Assembly: GCA_965662235.1 (NCBI GenBank)
Contig: CBFIGY010000011.1
Location: forward strand, 1-64,000
Direction: 5' to 3'
Source: an uncultured bacterium
GTDB taxonomy: Bacteria > SAR324 > NAC60-12
Length of the DNA stretch: 64,000 nt
Shown here: positions 29,491-39,827 of the stretch, piece by piece
How positions within the stretch are numbered: position 1 is the first letter of the stretch
How the letters are laid out: each line of letters starts with the position of its first letter
Notes under the pieces: generated by a model
Told to the model about the DNA's origin: nothing
Seen by the model: only the letters and a program-made list of their open reading frames with translations
Database searches by the model: none
Made by a program: the position numbers and the translations under genes

Positions 29491-30419
29491 CAAGTCCGGC
29501 CCCGGAAGCAAGCACCTCGCGAGCCCGCTTGCTCGCCTTGCTGGGCGATCTTCCCGAACGTCACGGCGTTCCGGAAGGCGAGCCGGTGCAGGTGCGTGAG
29601 CACGACACCTACAGGGAAGAGCACTGGGTCCTGGCCCTCAATGAGCAGGAACCCGTTCCGGCGGTGCTGCTGCGCCCTCAACGTACGGAACCAGGCCCGG
29701 CGGTGCTCTATCACCACGCGCACGGCAACGACTACGTCCGGGGCAAAGATGAGCTGCTCGCAGGGCGTCCCGCTCTGCGTCGTCCGTATGGGCCTGAACT
29801 CGTGGAGCAGGGCTTTACCGTGCTCTGCATCGACGCTTGGTGCTTTGGGGAACGCCGTGGCCGGAGCGAGTCTGCGACCTTCAAGGAAATGCTCTGGAAG
29901 GGACAGGTTCTTTGGGGGCAGATGGTCTTTGACACGCTCCGGGCCTTCGACTTCCTGGCTGGGCATCCGCAGGTGCAGGCCGATCGCATTGTCAGCATGG
30001 GACTTTCCATGGGAGGCACCATGGCCCTCTGGGCCGCTGCCTTGGAGCCGCGGATTCAGGCTTGTGTGGATCTCTGCAGCCTGACGGATTTTCAGGCCCT
30101 GATTGATCAACAGGGGCTAGACGGACACGGGCTTTACTACTACGTCCCCGGGCTCCTCAAACACTTTTCCGCGTTGGAACTCAACCACTTGGTCTGTCCG
30201 CGTCCTCGCCTCAGCGTTGTTGGACGGCATGACCCCTTGACGCCGATTGCCGGAGTGCAGTTGATTGATTCTGTATTGACTGAATCATATCGGCAGAGTG
30301 GAGCCCAGGGCCACTGGACCCTGCGCGTGAACGAAACCGGTCATTTCGAAACGGAGGCCTCGCATCAGCAGGTGCGGGACTTCCTGAGTGCTCTCAATTC
30401 CCCCTCGCTCACCTCCTGA
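29487..30419 (+). CDS. Alpha/beta hydrolase, Bacillus YtaP-like
   Basis: LLGDLP, H.HG..Y..GK.EL, GLSMGG nucleophile elbow, HGLYYYVP and GHFET motifs; GTGA overlap with smoA. Confidence 0.8.
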   Translation: MTSPAPEASTSRARLLALLGDLPERHGVPEGEPVQVREHDTYREEHWVLALNEQEPVPAVLLRPQRTEPGPAVLYHHAHGNDYVRGKDELLAGRPALRRPYGPELVEQGFTVLCIDAWCFGERRGRSESATFKEMLWKGQVLWGQMVFDTLRAFDFLAGHPQVQADRIVSMGLSMGGTMALWAAALEPRIQACVDLCSLTDFQALIDQQGLDGHGLYYYVPGLLKHFSALELNHLVCPRPRLSVVGRHDPLTPIAGVQLIDSVLTESYRQSGAQGHWTLRVNETGHFETEASHQQVRDFLSALNSPSLTS

Positions 30420-30544
30420 TCCAGAAACTGCCTATGACTTGACCTTGCAGCAGGGACTCGTTTTGATCCCAAAGTCCCTCTCATTGAGAGTTCATTGACG
30501 ACTGCCCTTGAGGCAGGACTAGAATCACCTTACTTGGAGAAACC

Positions 30545-31822
30545 ATGAAAATGTTTGCCAAACAGATGGTCCGGGCGCTGCTGTCAGCCGGCCTGATTGC
30601 CAGCATGAGCCTTGCGGCTCAGGCCGTGGAACTGAGCTTCATGCTCAACTCGGATGGAAAAGAAGTCGAGGTCCTGCAGGACTTCATTGACCGCTACGAG
30701 CAGGCGAATCCGGGTGTGACCGTGAAGATGAACGTGGTGGGCTACAACGTCATCCGCGAGCAACTGGAGTCTCAGCTGCAGGCCGGTGGCGGACCCGACA
30801 TCGGGAAAGTGACCAACCTCGGTGGCCTGAATCCATACTACCTTGACCTGACGCCGTACGTGAACGCGTCGGAGTGGGAATCCATGTATGGCGCCGTCCT
30901 GCCGTGGTACCGCGCGGGCAAGCCCGGAGGCATCTATGGCTTCCATTCGGAAATGACCGTGACGGGCCCTTACGTCAACGTCACCATGTTTGAAGAGGCC
31001 GGAGTCGACCTCCCGGGTCCCGGGGCCACGTGGGACGACTGGGCCACCGCGACCCAGCAGGTGATGGAAGGCACCGGTTCTTATGCCGCCATGGTCATGG
31101 ACCGCTCCGGTCACCGCATGGCGGGTCCGGCAATGTCTTACGGCGCCAAGTACTTTGACGCCCAGGGCAACCTGATCATTGACGAAGGCTTCCGCAACTT
31201 CGCTGAGCGCATGGTGAAGTGGCACCAAGATGGACTGATGCCTCCGGACATCTGGCCGGCGGTTTCAGGTTCCAAGTACGCCAACGGCAACGAGATGTTC
31301 TTCAACCAGGATGTCCCGTTCTACATGTCTGGCTCCTGGAACGTGGCCAACGTTTCCAAGAACGTTGGGGACAAGTTTGACTGGCGAGTGGTTCCGGTGC
31401 CGTGTGGTCCGTCCGGTTGTGGCATCATGCCCGGAGGCGCTGGTTTTGTGGCCTTCAACACGAGCAAGCACCCGGCAGAAGCTGCCAAGTTTGTTGCGTG
31501 GATGGGAGAGTACAAGCAGGCGAAGGAGTACTACAGCCGCATCTACGCCATTCCAGCCAATGCCCGGGTTCAGGAAGAAGGCATTGACTACTCTCAGTAT
31601 GGCGCTTCGGCGTCCATTTCTGCGGGGCTGAACGTCTTTGCTTCCAGTGCCGCGCAAGCTGCCAAGCAGACGCCTCAGGCATACACCCTTCAGGGGAATC
31701 CCTTCAACTTTGTCATCTTCAACGCCACCACGCAGTACCTGGCGGCCGTCATGAACGGTGAGTTGACGATGAACGAGGCCATGGACAAGATCCGTCAAGA
31801 GATTGCGGACAAGGCCAAGTAA
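30545..31822 (+). CDS. Sugar ABC substrate-binding protein, AguE-like (oligogalacturonide type)
   Basis: Signal peptide, GPDI.KVT.LGGL..YYLD, TVTGPYVN, MDRSGHR.AGP and PCGP..CG.MPGGA motifs. Confidence 0.75.
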   Translation: MKMFAKQMVRALLSAGLIASMSLAAQAVELSFMLNSDGKEVEVLQDFIDRYEQANPGVTVKMNVVGYNVIREQLESQLQAGGGPDIGKVTNLGGLNPYYLDLTPYVNASEWESMYGAVLPWYRAGKPGGIYGFHSEMTVTGPYVNVTMFEEAGVDLPGPGATWDDWATATQQVMEGTGSYAAMVMDRSGHRMAGPAMSYGAKYFDAQGNLIIDEGFRNFAERMVKWHQDGLMPPDIWPAVSGSKYANGNEMFFNQDVPFYMSGSWNVANVSKNVGDKFDWRVVPVPCGPSGCGIMPGGAGFVAFNTSKHPAEAAKFVAWMGEYKQAKEYYSRIYAIPANARVQEEGIDYSQYGASASISAGLNVFASSAAQAAKQTPQAYTLQGNPFNFVIFNATTQYLAAVMNGELTMNEAMDKIRQEIADKAK

Positions 31823-31872
31823 GCCTGCTTTCAACCGAGGCCAGTGCGCTGGCCTCTCTCCCCCACAAAAAC

Positions 31873-33306
31873 ATGTCACCGTCTGCCTGGATCATCTCGA
31901 TCGTTGGGGTGCTGTGGATTGGAGGCGGCTCGCTGTGGCTGCTCACCAAACAGCGCTACCGGATTGACCAGATTCCTCACTTCTTCATCGACCTCCTTGG
32001 GGTCCCGGTTGAATGGGCCCAGAGCATTTGGGGGCGCAAGGGGGTTCCGTACGCCTTTTTGCTCCCGAACATGGTCATCTTTGGGATGTTCACCTTCATC
32101 CCGGTTCTGCTGAACTTTTACGTCTCCTTCACAAGTGGAGACTCCATTTCGATTTTTGAACGGCCCTTTGTCGGCTGGGAGAACTACAACCAGATCTTCG
32201 ACTGCGACACCATTTTGGAGCCGAAGACCTGTCCAAACGCCGGCTACAACTTCTGGCAGAGCCTGTTCAACACCCTGCTCTTCATTGTCTTTCAGGTTCC
32301 CATCCTCTGTGGAATGGCGCTGCTGACGGCACTGGTGGTCAACAAGGCCATGTCGGGCCGAGGCTTCTGGCGGGCGATGTTCTTCTACCCGGTGATGCTC
32401 TCTCCGGTGGTGATTGCCAACATCTGGCAGTGGATCCTGCACCGGAAGGGGGCACTGAATGCGACCCTTGCCAGCGGCAACCAGACGGTCAATGAACTGG
32501 CGGGGATGGCGGGATTTGACATCACGGTCACGGTCTTGGTGGGCATCCTCATGCTGCTTTCCATGGAGCGGGCGCTTCGCAGTGACGTCATGCCGTCGAT
32601 CCCCTGGACCTCTCTCTTCGCACTTCTCTTTCTGGCAGTGGTGTCCTGGTCCAACCCAGCGGGCATGCTGGGAGCCACATCGGTCCCGCTCAACACGCTG
32701 TTGGGGGTGCTGCTGGGAGGGGGCTTGGTGGTTCTGGCGTTACTGGATCACCCCAAGCTGTCTTGGGGATTTGTGGCCCTGGGCGCTGTGGCTGCAGGAT
32801 TGCTGCTCACCATTCAGTTTGACGCGGTCTTTGACCTAGGACGCTTCCGTCCCATCAACTGGCTGATCACCCCTCGCACCAGCTGGCCCTTCTTCTGGGT
32901 GGTTTTCGTCTACTGCTGGTCGCACATGGGGTACTACATGCTGATCCTCCTGGCAGGCCTGCAGGCCATTCCTCCGGATCTTTACGAGGCGGCAAAGATG
33001 GATGCCGCCAAGCCCACTCGGGTCTTCTGGCGCATCACGCTGCCGCTGCTGATGCCGACCTTCACGGTGGTGTTTGTGCTGTCGCTGATCAAGAGCTTCC
33101 AGATCTTTGATGAAGTCTACCTGCTCACCGGAGGAGGCCCCGGACGGGAGACCTTCATGATTGTTCAGCACATCGTTGAGGTGGCGTTTTCAGATGATCA
33201 GGCGAATTTCGGAGAAGCGGCGGCCGCGTCCGTGTTGATGGCGCTGGTGATCGCTGTCTTTACGTTCTTCCAGCTCTACTTCACCCGCAAGCAATCGGGA
33301 GTGTAA
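31873..33306 (+). CDS. Sugar ABC permease (AguF-like) with an extra TM insertion
   Basis: LLAGLQAIP..LYEAAKMD EAA loop; 477 aa. Confidence 0.85.
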   Translation: MSPSAWIISIVGVLWIGGGSLWLLTKQRYRIDQIPHFFIDLLGVPVEWAQSIWGRKGVPYAFLLPNMVIFGMFTFIPVLLNFYVSFTSGDSISIFERPFVGWENYNQIFDCDTILEPKTCPNAGYNFWQSLFNTLLFIVFQVPILCGMALLTALVVNKAMSGRGFWRAMFFYPVMLSPVVIANIWQWILHRKGALNATLASGNQTVNELAGMAGFDITVTVLVGILMLLSMERALRSDVMPSIPWTSLFALLFLAVVSWSNPAGMLGATSVPLNTLLGVLLGGGLVVLALLDHPKLSWGFVALGAVAAGLLLTIQFDAVFDLGRFRPINWLITPRTSWPFFWVVFVYCWSHMGYYMLILLAGLQAIPPDLYEAAKMDAAKPTRVFWRITLPLLMPTFTVVFVLSLIKSFQIFDEVYLLTGGGPGRETFMIVQHIVEVAFSDDQANFGEAAAASVLMALVIAVFTFFQLYFTRKQSGV

Positions 33307-33308
33307 CC

Positions 33309-34388
33309 ATGTCTCAGGTCATCACCTTCCTCACCCGCACCCGTGGCGGCACGAATGGCCGACGCATCGGTCTCTCCGATGTGCTGGTGTACAGCTACCT
33401 TCTCTTTGGCGTGGCCCTGATCATCGTCCCTGTGCTGTGGGCCTTTGTCAGTTCGCTCAAGTCAAAGGAAGCCCTGGAGCGCTTTGACACCCGAATCCTG
33501 CCTTACAATCAGGTGGAGCAGACGATTGAGGGCGTTGGGCCCAAAGCGGTGTACCTCTGGAATCAGCCCGATGGAACCCAGCAGGAGGTCTTCAAGACGG
33601 GACCAACCCGGCGCATGACGCCGGTGGCGCCGGTGGACAACCCCTCTGCAGAGGTGGAGGCTCCCCGAAAGGAGCTTGCTCCCAAGGAGGAACTCAAGGT
33701 TGCCACAGAGAACTACCTCAATCCGCTGCTTCAGCAGGAGGGGCAGCAGAACTTCTTCTTCTTCCGTTACCTGTCCAACACCGTTTTCGTCACAGTTGTG
33801 GCGACGCTGATCACGTTGCTGATCAATGCCATGGCGGCCTACGCCCTTTCCAAGTACCGCTTCAAGGGCCGGATGGCGTTCACGGTGCTGATCATTTCCA
33901 CACTGCTGATTCCGGCAACGATCATCCTTGTGTCCCTCTTCTTTGTCGTGTGGATGCTGGGCATCTTCGGATCCCTCTGGGGCGTGATCATTCCGGCGGC
34001 GGCGACCCCCACGGGCGTGTTCCTGCTCCGGCAGTACATGTTGACCATTCCGGATGAGCTGATTGAAGCTGCCCGCATGGATGCTGCCTCGGAGTGGAAG
34101 ATCTTCTGGCGCATCATCCTCCCGCTGTCGCTTCCGGCGCTGGCGGTGCTGGCCATTCTTTCCGTCATCTGGCGGTGGAATGACTTCCTCTGGCCCCTGA
34201 TTGTCCTTATTTCGGATCCGGAGCAGCACACCCTGCAGATTGGACTGACCGCCTTCACCGGACAGTACAACACGGACTATCACTACATCCTCGCCATGAC
34301 TGTGGTGTCGCTGCTGCCAGTGACTGCAGTCTTTGCCTACATGCAACGGTTCATCACAACCGGAATCGCCTCAACAGGTTTGAAATGA
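33309..34388 (+). CDS. Sugar ABC permease (AguG-like)
   Basis: IPDELIEAARMD and WNDFLWP motifs. Confidence 0.88.
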   Translation: MSQVITFLTRTRGGTNGRRIGLSDVLVYSYLLFGVALIIVPVLWAFVSSLKSKEALERFDTRILPYNQVEQTIEGVGPKAVYLWNQPDGTQQEVFKTGPTRRMTPVAPVDNPSAEVEAPRKELAPKEELKVATENYLNPLLQQEGQQNFFFFRYLSNTVFVTVVATLITLLINAMAAYALSKYRFKGRMAFTVLIISTLLIPATIILVSLFFVVWMLGIFGSLWGVIIPAAATPTGVFLLRQYMLTIPDELIEAARMDAASEWKIFWRIILPLSLPALAVLAILSVIWRWNDFLWPLIVLISDPEQHTLQIGLTAFTGQYNTDYHYILAMTVVSLLPVTAVFAYMQRFITTGIASTGLK

Positions 34389-35494
34389 CATCCTCCAAAG
34401 CTCTGGAACTCCGAGACATCCGCAAAGCCTTCGGTCCCGTAGAGGTCATCCATGGCGTGGACCTCGCCATTGAAGAAGGGGAGTTCATCGTCTTCGTCGG
34501 CCCCTCCGGCTGCGGGAAGTCCACCCTCTTGAGGCTCATTGCAGGGCTGGAGGATCCGACCTCCGGTGATCTGCTGCTGGATGACCGTCGTGTGAATGAC
34601 GTCCCTGCGTCTGAGCGGGGGCTGGCGATGGTCTTTCAGTCCTATGCGCTTTATCCGCACATGAGCGTGTTCAAGAACCTCTCGTTCGGACTGGAGAACC
34701 TGCGGGTGGACAAGGCTGAGATTGAACAGCGGGTGCAGCATGCCTCAAAGATGCTGCAGATCGACCAGCTGCTCGAGCGACGTCCCGGGCAGCTCTCGGG
34801 GGGGCAGCGCCAGCGGGTGGCAATTGGTCGTGCCATTGTCCGGCAGCCCCGAATCTTTCTCTTTGATGAGCCGCTTTCGAACCTGGACGCTGAGCTGCGG
34901 GTGCAGATGCGGGTGGAGATTTCGAGCCTCCACGACCGGTTGGGCAATACCATGATTTACGTGACCCACGACCAGGTGGAGGCGATGACCATGGCCGACC
35001 GCATTGTGGTGTTGAACAAGGGCGGGATTGAGCAGGTCGGGGCTCCTCTGGAGCTGTACAACCACCCTGTCAACAAGTTTGTGGCCGGCTTCATTGGCTC
35101 GCCCCGCATCAACTTCCTAGCGGGCATGGGACAGAGTCAGGACGCTGGAGTTTCGGTGAAGCTAGACTGCGGGCCGCAGCTCACACTCCCGGGGACTGCT
35201 GAGACGTCCTTCAACGAGGCCGTCAGCCTTGGGGTCCGTCCGGAGGCTGTGCACGTTCGGTTAGACGGCAGCGGGGAGATTCAAGGCACGGTTCGGAATT
35301 TCGAGCAGCTGGGCTCCATTACCTACCTGTACGTCGAGCTGCCGAACCAGGAAATGCTGACCGTGCACCTTTCCAGCCAGCTCAAGGTGCAGCGTGGGCA
35401 GTCCGTTGGGGTGCACTTTGAACCCTCTGAGTGCCACCTCTTCCGGGAAACAGATGGCGCCACGCTGGTGACCGCAACCCAAACCAGCAACTGA
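34385..35494 (+). CDS. Sugar ABC ATP-binding protein (MalK-like)
   Basis: GPSGCGKST, FQSYALYPH, LSGGQRQR and DEPLSNLD motifs; TOBE tail. Confidence 0.92.
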   Translation: MTSSKALELRDIRKAFGPVEVIHGVDLAIEEGEFIVFVGPSGCGKSTLLRLIAGLEDPTSGDLLLDDRRVNDVPASERGLAMVFQSYALYPHMSVFKNLSFGLENLRVDKAEIEQRVQHASKMLQIDQLLERRPGQLSGGQRQRVAIGRAIVRQPRIFLFDEPLSNLDAELRVQMRVEISSLHDRLGNTMIYVTHDQVEAMTMADRIVVLNKGGIEQVGAPLELYNHPVNKFVAGFIGSPRINFLAGMGQSQDAGVSVKLDCGPQLTLPGTAETSFNEAVSLGVRPEAVHVRLDGSGEIQGTVRNFEQLGSITYLYVELPNQEMLTVHLSSQLKVQRGQSVGVHFEPSECHLFRETDGATLVTATQTSN

Positions 35495-35505
35495 ACAGAG
35501 GCCCG

Positions 35506-36786
35506 ATGACCTACGGCGTCTCCGTCCGAGACTTTGGGGCTAAAGGGGATGGCCTCAGCGATGACCAAGAGGCACTGCAGCGGGCGCTCAATTCAGGGGC
35601 GCCACGGGTGGTGGTGCCGCTGGGACAGTACCGGCTGGGCCGCACCCTGCGCATTGGCTCCGGAACCCGGCTGCAGGTGCACCCGCATGCGGTGTTACGC
35701 CTAGCAGAGGGGGCTGGAACCGACCAGAGCATCCACCTGATCAGCAACCAGCATCCGGAGACGGGAGACACAGAGGTGGCCATCGAAGGAGGCATTTGGG
35801 ATGGGAACAACCCGACCAACCCTCGAGGTCCCGATGCACCCGGAAGCTACACGGGCGTCGCGTTGCAGTTTCACAACGTCCGGGGCCTGGAACTGCGGAA
35901 CCTGACCATTCAGGATCCGGAGTCCTACCACATCCGCCTGAGCCGGGTCCGTCACTTTCGGGTGGAAGGCATCCGCTTTGAAACCCGCCACTTCCGTCCC
36001 AACCAAGACGGCGTCCACCTCGGAGGCTTCTGCGAAGACGGCGTCATCCGTGACATCCGAGCCCTCACCGACGGGGCCCCAAATGACGATGTCGTGGCGC
36101 TCAATGCCGATGATGCAAACGGTCGTGCCCAGAACCTGGGACGCGTCAACGGCCCCATCCGCCGACTCCGCATTGACACCCTGGAAGCGACCAACTGCTT
36201 CACCTTCCTTCGCCTCGCCAGCGTCTGGTCTCGGATTGAGGACATTGACGTCCGGCACATCCGAGGAGGATGCCGCAACTACTTGGTCAACTGTGACGCG
36301 CTCCGCTACTGCCGCACCCCGCTCTTTGAAGCTGACCATCCGGAAGCCCAAGAGGGCGTCGGTTGGCTCCGGAACATTGCGTTGCGGGACATCGAGGTGC
36401 ACAAAACCGAGGAGCATTCGCTGGATCCGCTGCTGATGCTGGAGACCCGAATGGAGAACTGGCTGGTGGAGGACTTCCGACGCAACCTGGATCAAGATGA
36501 GTACCCGGAAGCGCCCACGATTCGCCTTCAGCACGTCCTCAGTCCAGAGGTGGTGCTGGACGGGGTTCCGGAAGCTGATGCCACCGTCTTGGGCCGTGCG
36601 CTGCCTCCGGGATGGCAGCAACAGGCGCTGCCGGCTTACCGGGCGGGGGCCCCGGAGTTCCGCTTTCAGGGACCGGTGGGCACTCAGGCGCCGCTTCTTT
36701 ATTTTGGGTCTCGCTTTCGGCGCCTGCAGGTACTAAACTCCGTGAAAACCTCTTGGCCCTGCCTGGAGGAATCCGAATCCGTTTGA
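35506..36786 (+). CDS. Beta-helix glycoside hydrolase, GH28-related, no signal peptide
   Basis: VRDFGAKGDG..DD..A.Q.A, N.DG (NQDG) and DD (PNDD) motifs. Confidence 0.7.
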   Translation: MTYGVSVRDFGAKGDGLSDDQEALQRALNSGAPRVVVPLGQYRLGRTLRIGSGTRLQVHPHAVLRLAEGAGTDQSIHLISNQHPETGDTEVAIEGGIWDGNNPTNPRGPDAPGSYTGVALQFHNVRGLELRNLTIQDPESYHIRLSRVRHFRVEGIRFETRHFRPNQDGVHLGGFCEDGVIRDIRALTDGAPNDDVVALNADDANGRAQNLGRVNGPIRRLRIDTLEATNCFTFLRLASVWSRIEDIDVRHIRGGCRNYLVNCDALRYCRTPLFEADHPEAQEGVGWLRNIALRDIEVHKTEEHSLDPLLMLETRMENWLVEDFRRNLDQDEYPEAPTIRLQHVLSPEVVLDGVPEADATVLGRALPPGWQQQALPAYRAGAPEFRFQGPVGTQAPLLYFGSRFRRLQVLNSVKTSWPCLEESESV

Positions 36787-36813
36787 CGCAACCTCCCTCT
36801 GCCAGACCTTTGT

Positions 36814-37584
36814 ATGGTTGACCTTGACTCCGCCCTCACTCAGTTTGACGCCGACGGCTACCTCATTTTTCCAAGGTTCTTTGACCCGGCTGACATTCAG
36901 GGGCTTCAGGAACGCATTGATGCAATCATGCTCGGCACCGCCCCTGTGGACTATGATCAGATCTGGATGCAACTGGACACCGACTCAGGAAAGTACGAGG
37001 ACCTCCAATGGGGCGGCAATGGCTTCCGGGGCGCTTCCCTCGACTACCGGAAGATTCAGGGGTTGGAGACCGATGAGCGCTTCCACGCCTTCATCACGGC
37101 GCCGTTTTTTGTGGAACTCTGCCGACGTGTTTATGGGCCAGAGCTTCCCATTGCCGCCTACCGGACCATGTTCATGAACAAGGCTGCCGGCAAGGGCACT
37201 TGGCTTCCATGGCATCAGGACCGCTGGACGCACTTGGACCAGGATCCCCTCCTCACGGTCTGGATCCCCCTCGATGCGGCCACTCAGGCCAACGGATGCG
37301 TGCAGATCATCAAAGGGTCGCACCGCAAAGGGTTGCTGAATCCAGATCACCCCTCAGGTTACCTCACGGAGGCGCAGACCGCAGAGCACGTGCGTCCGGA
37401 GGACATTGTTTACCTCACCGTTGAGCCCGGGGACCTTGTGGTTTTGCACAACCTGCTGCTGCACGCTTCAGACGTCAACCGGACGTCTCATCCGCGCCGC
37501 GCCCTGAGCGTGTGCTACATGAACGGGCAGACCCGGAACCTAGACGCTCCTCAAACGCCGTACCCTTCCCTCTTCACCACCTGA
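36814..37584 (+). CDS. PhyH-family Fe(II)/2-oxoglutarate dioxygenase
   Basis: PWHQD, W.PLD.A...NGC....GSH and H.S..N.....RRA motifs. Confidence 0.85.
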   Translation: MVDLDSALTQFDADGYLIFPRFFDPADIQGLQERIDAIMLGTAPVDYDQIWMQLDTDSGKYEDLQWGGNGFRGASLDYRKIQGLETDERFHAFITAPFFVELCRRVYGPELPIAAYRTMFMNKAAGKGTWLPWHQDRWTHLDQDPLLTVWIPLDAATQANGCVQIIKGSHRKGLLNPDHPSGYLTEAQTAEHVRPEDIVYLTVEPGDLVVLHNLLLHASDVNRTSHPRRALSVCYMNGQTRNLDAPQTPYPSLFTT

Positions 37585-37586
37585 GC

Positions 37587-38642
37587 ATGCTCCACGTGGC
37601 GCTTCTGGGGTGTGGGGTCATTGGAACTCTGCACTTCCAGATCCTTCAGCAGCATCCGGAGGTTCACTTGCATCTCTGTGACGTCGATCGCCGTCAAGCG
37701 GAGCGGTTGCAGCCAAAGGCTCCGGTGTGGGATAACCCGGAGCGCCTGCTTGAGGAGGTGCCGCTGGACCTCGTGAGCATCTGCACGCCTCATCCCTCTC
37801 ATCCGGACCTGATTCACGCCTGCCTGGCTCACGGCATTCCGGTGGTTTGTGAGAAGCCCCTTTGCACCTCGGTTCCGGACCTGCAGCGCCTGCGAGCGCT
37901 GGCGGAAACCTCTGCCAACCATCAGGTTACCGGCATCTTTCAGCACCGCTATGCACCGGCTGCGCTCCTCCTGAAGCGTCTTCTGGAGGAAGGCGCCTTT
38001 GGCACCTTGGAAGTCACCCGGGCTCGATTCCGGTGTGACCGAGGACCCGACTACTATGCCAGCGCTCCGTGGCGAGGCACCCGAATGGGAGAAGGAGGAG
38101 GCGTGGTCCTCAATCAGGGCATCCACACCCTCGACCTCTGGCAGTGGTGGCTGGGAGGGATTGCTGCCGTTTCTGGCGCCACCCCGACGCTGGTGGGAAA
38201 GGCGTTTCTTGAAGTGGAAGACACGCTGCAGGGGCACGACTCTGAGTGGGCGTGGGTTCAGTTTGCTTCCGGGCTGGAAGGAGCGGTGCAGATGCTCAAC
38301 CGCCCCGGGTTGCCGTGGGATCCGCAGCTGGAAATTCACGGCACCCGCGGGTCCTTCTGCTACACCACCAATGACAACGGACGCTTCCTCTCCCTGAGCC
38401 ACGAGGATCCGGAGGTGCTTGCGGCGCTGCAAGCTGTCACTCAACCGGAACCGTCCACCAGGGCCAAACCCGAATACAGCGACCTGCACCAGGTTCAACT
38501 GGCCGACGTCCTCACCCGTTTGCAGCAGGGCGCTCCTCCTCGGATTCCTCTGAGTGAGGCGCTCCCTGCCAACGAGGTGGTCCTGGCGTTTTACGAATCC
38601 TCCCGTCGGCAGACGACGGTTTCTCTTCCTCTTACTTTGTAG
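37587..38642 (+). CDS. Gfo/Idh/MocA oxidoreductase
   Basis: GCGVIG, CEKP and GGG...NQGIHTLD motifs. Confidence 0.85.
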   Translation: MLHVALLGCGVIGTLHFQILQQHPEVHLHLCDVDRRQAERLQPKAPVWDNPERLLEEVPLDLVSICTPHPSHPDLIHACLAHGIPVVCEKPLCTSVPDLQRLRALAETSANHQVTGIFQHRYAPAALLLKRLLEEGAFGTLEVTRARFRCDRGPDYYASAPWRGTRMGEGGGVVLNQGIHTLDLWQWWLGGIAAVSGATPTLVGKAFLEVEDTLQGHDSEWAWVQFASGLEGAVQMLNRPGLPWDPQLEIHGTRGSFCYTTNDNGRFLSLSHEDPEVLAALQAVTQPEPSTRAKPEYSDLHQVQLADVLTRLQQGAPPRIPLSEALPANEVVLAFYESSRRQTTVSLPLTL

Positions 38643-38651
38643 CACCTGCTT

Positions 38652-39815
38652 ATGCGTCACCTGAAGCTTGGCCTCATTGGCCTGGGCAACATGGGCTCTC
38701 AGCACTACCAATCCATCCAGCAGGGGCACCTGCAACGGGTGGCCGTCACCGCTGTTTGCGATACCGACCCTGCACGGCTGGAAGGGCTGGATCCGCAGGT
38801 GCCGCGCTTTGCCTCCAGTGCGGACCTCATCCGCTCCGGAAAGGTGGACGCGGTGCTGATTGCCACCCCGCACTACGACCACACCACCATCGGCATTGAT
38901 GCGCTGGAGCAGGGACTGCACCTGCTCGTGGAGAAACCGATCTCGGTCCACAAACGGGACTGCCTGAAGCTCCTGCAGGCCTATGAGCAGCGCCCGCGTT
39001 CCGAGCAGGTGTTTGGGGCCATGTTCAATCAACGGACGGACCCACGTTACCAGAAGCTCCGGACGCTCATTCAAGACGGCGAGTTGGGAACCCTGAGGCG
39101 CATGAACTGGATCATCACCGACTGGTTCCGGACCGACATCTACTACCGGAGCGGAGGCTGGCGAGCCACCTGGAAGGGAGAAGGCGGCGGCGTCCTCCTG
39201 AATCAGTGCCCGCATCAGCTGGACCTGCTCTGGTGGCTGTTTGGGCCTCCGGAGTCGGTCTGGGCGCAGTGCCGCTTCGGTCAGTGGCATGACATTGAGG
39301 TGGAAGACGACGTGACCGCGTTGCTGACCTATGCCAACGGCGCGACCGGAACCTTCACAACGACCACGGGCGAAGCACCCGGCACCAACCGTCTGGAGAT
39401 TGTTGGAGAGAAGGGCACCGTTGTGGCGGATGACGAGGGGCTCCGCTGGTTCCAGAACGCGACTCCGATTTCAGACTACTGCCAAAACTCGGACCAACCG
39501 TTTGGCAAACCAGAGGTGACAGAGGTCTTTCTGCCGTTTGAAAGTCGGGGGGGCCAGCACCGGGAGGTGCTGCAAAACTTTGTGGATGCGGTGCTGGACG
39601 GAGCTTCCTTGCTGGCCCCTGCTGTTGAAGGCATCCACAGTGTGGAACTGGCCAACGCGATGCTGCTTTCCACCTTCGAGGGGGCAGCGGTCCCGTTTCC
39701 GTTGGACGCGGAACAGTACTGGAAGCACCTAGAGGCTCGCATTGCGACCAGCTCCTTCCGTCAAGACACCGTTTCGGTGACCGTGGACGCCGCGGCGATG
39801 AGCAACTCCTACTGA
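38652..39815 (+). CDS. Gfo/Idh/MocA oxidoreductase
   Basis: GLGNMG, VEKP and WRATWKGEGGGVLLNQCPHQLD motifs. Confidence 0.88.
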   Translation: MRHLKLGLIGLGNMGSQHYQSIQQGHLQRVAVTAVCDTDPARLEGLDPQVPRFASSADLIRSGKVDAVLIATPHYDHTTIGIDALEQGLHLLVEKPISVHKRDCLKLLQAYEQRPRSEQVFGAMFNQRTDPRYQKLRTLIQDGELGTLRRMNWIITDWFRTDIYYRSGGWRATWKGEGGGVLLNQCPHQLDLLWWLFGPPESVWAQCRFGQWHDIEVEDDVTALLTYANGATGTFTTTTGEAPGTNRLEIVGEKGTVVADDEGLRWFQNATPISDYCQNSDQPFGKPEVTEVFLPFESRGGQHREVLQNFVDAVLDGASLLAPAVEGIHSVELANAMLLSTFEGAAVPFPLDAEQYWKHLEARIATSSFRQDTVSVTVDAAAMSNSY

Positions 39816-39827
39816 AAGAGGTCTTCC

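Noticed and set aside
30545..31822. Calling the SBP SmoF (SQ-binding protein)
   Set aside because: The sequence resembles AguE-type uronide binders rather than SmoF as I recall it; the ligand is unknown.
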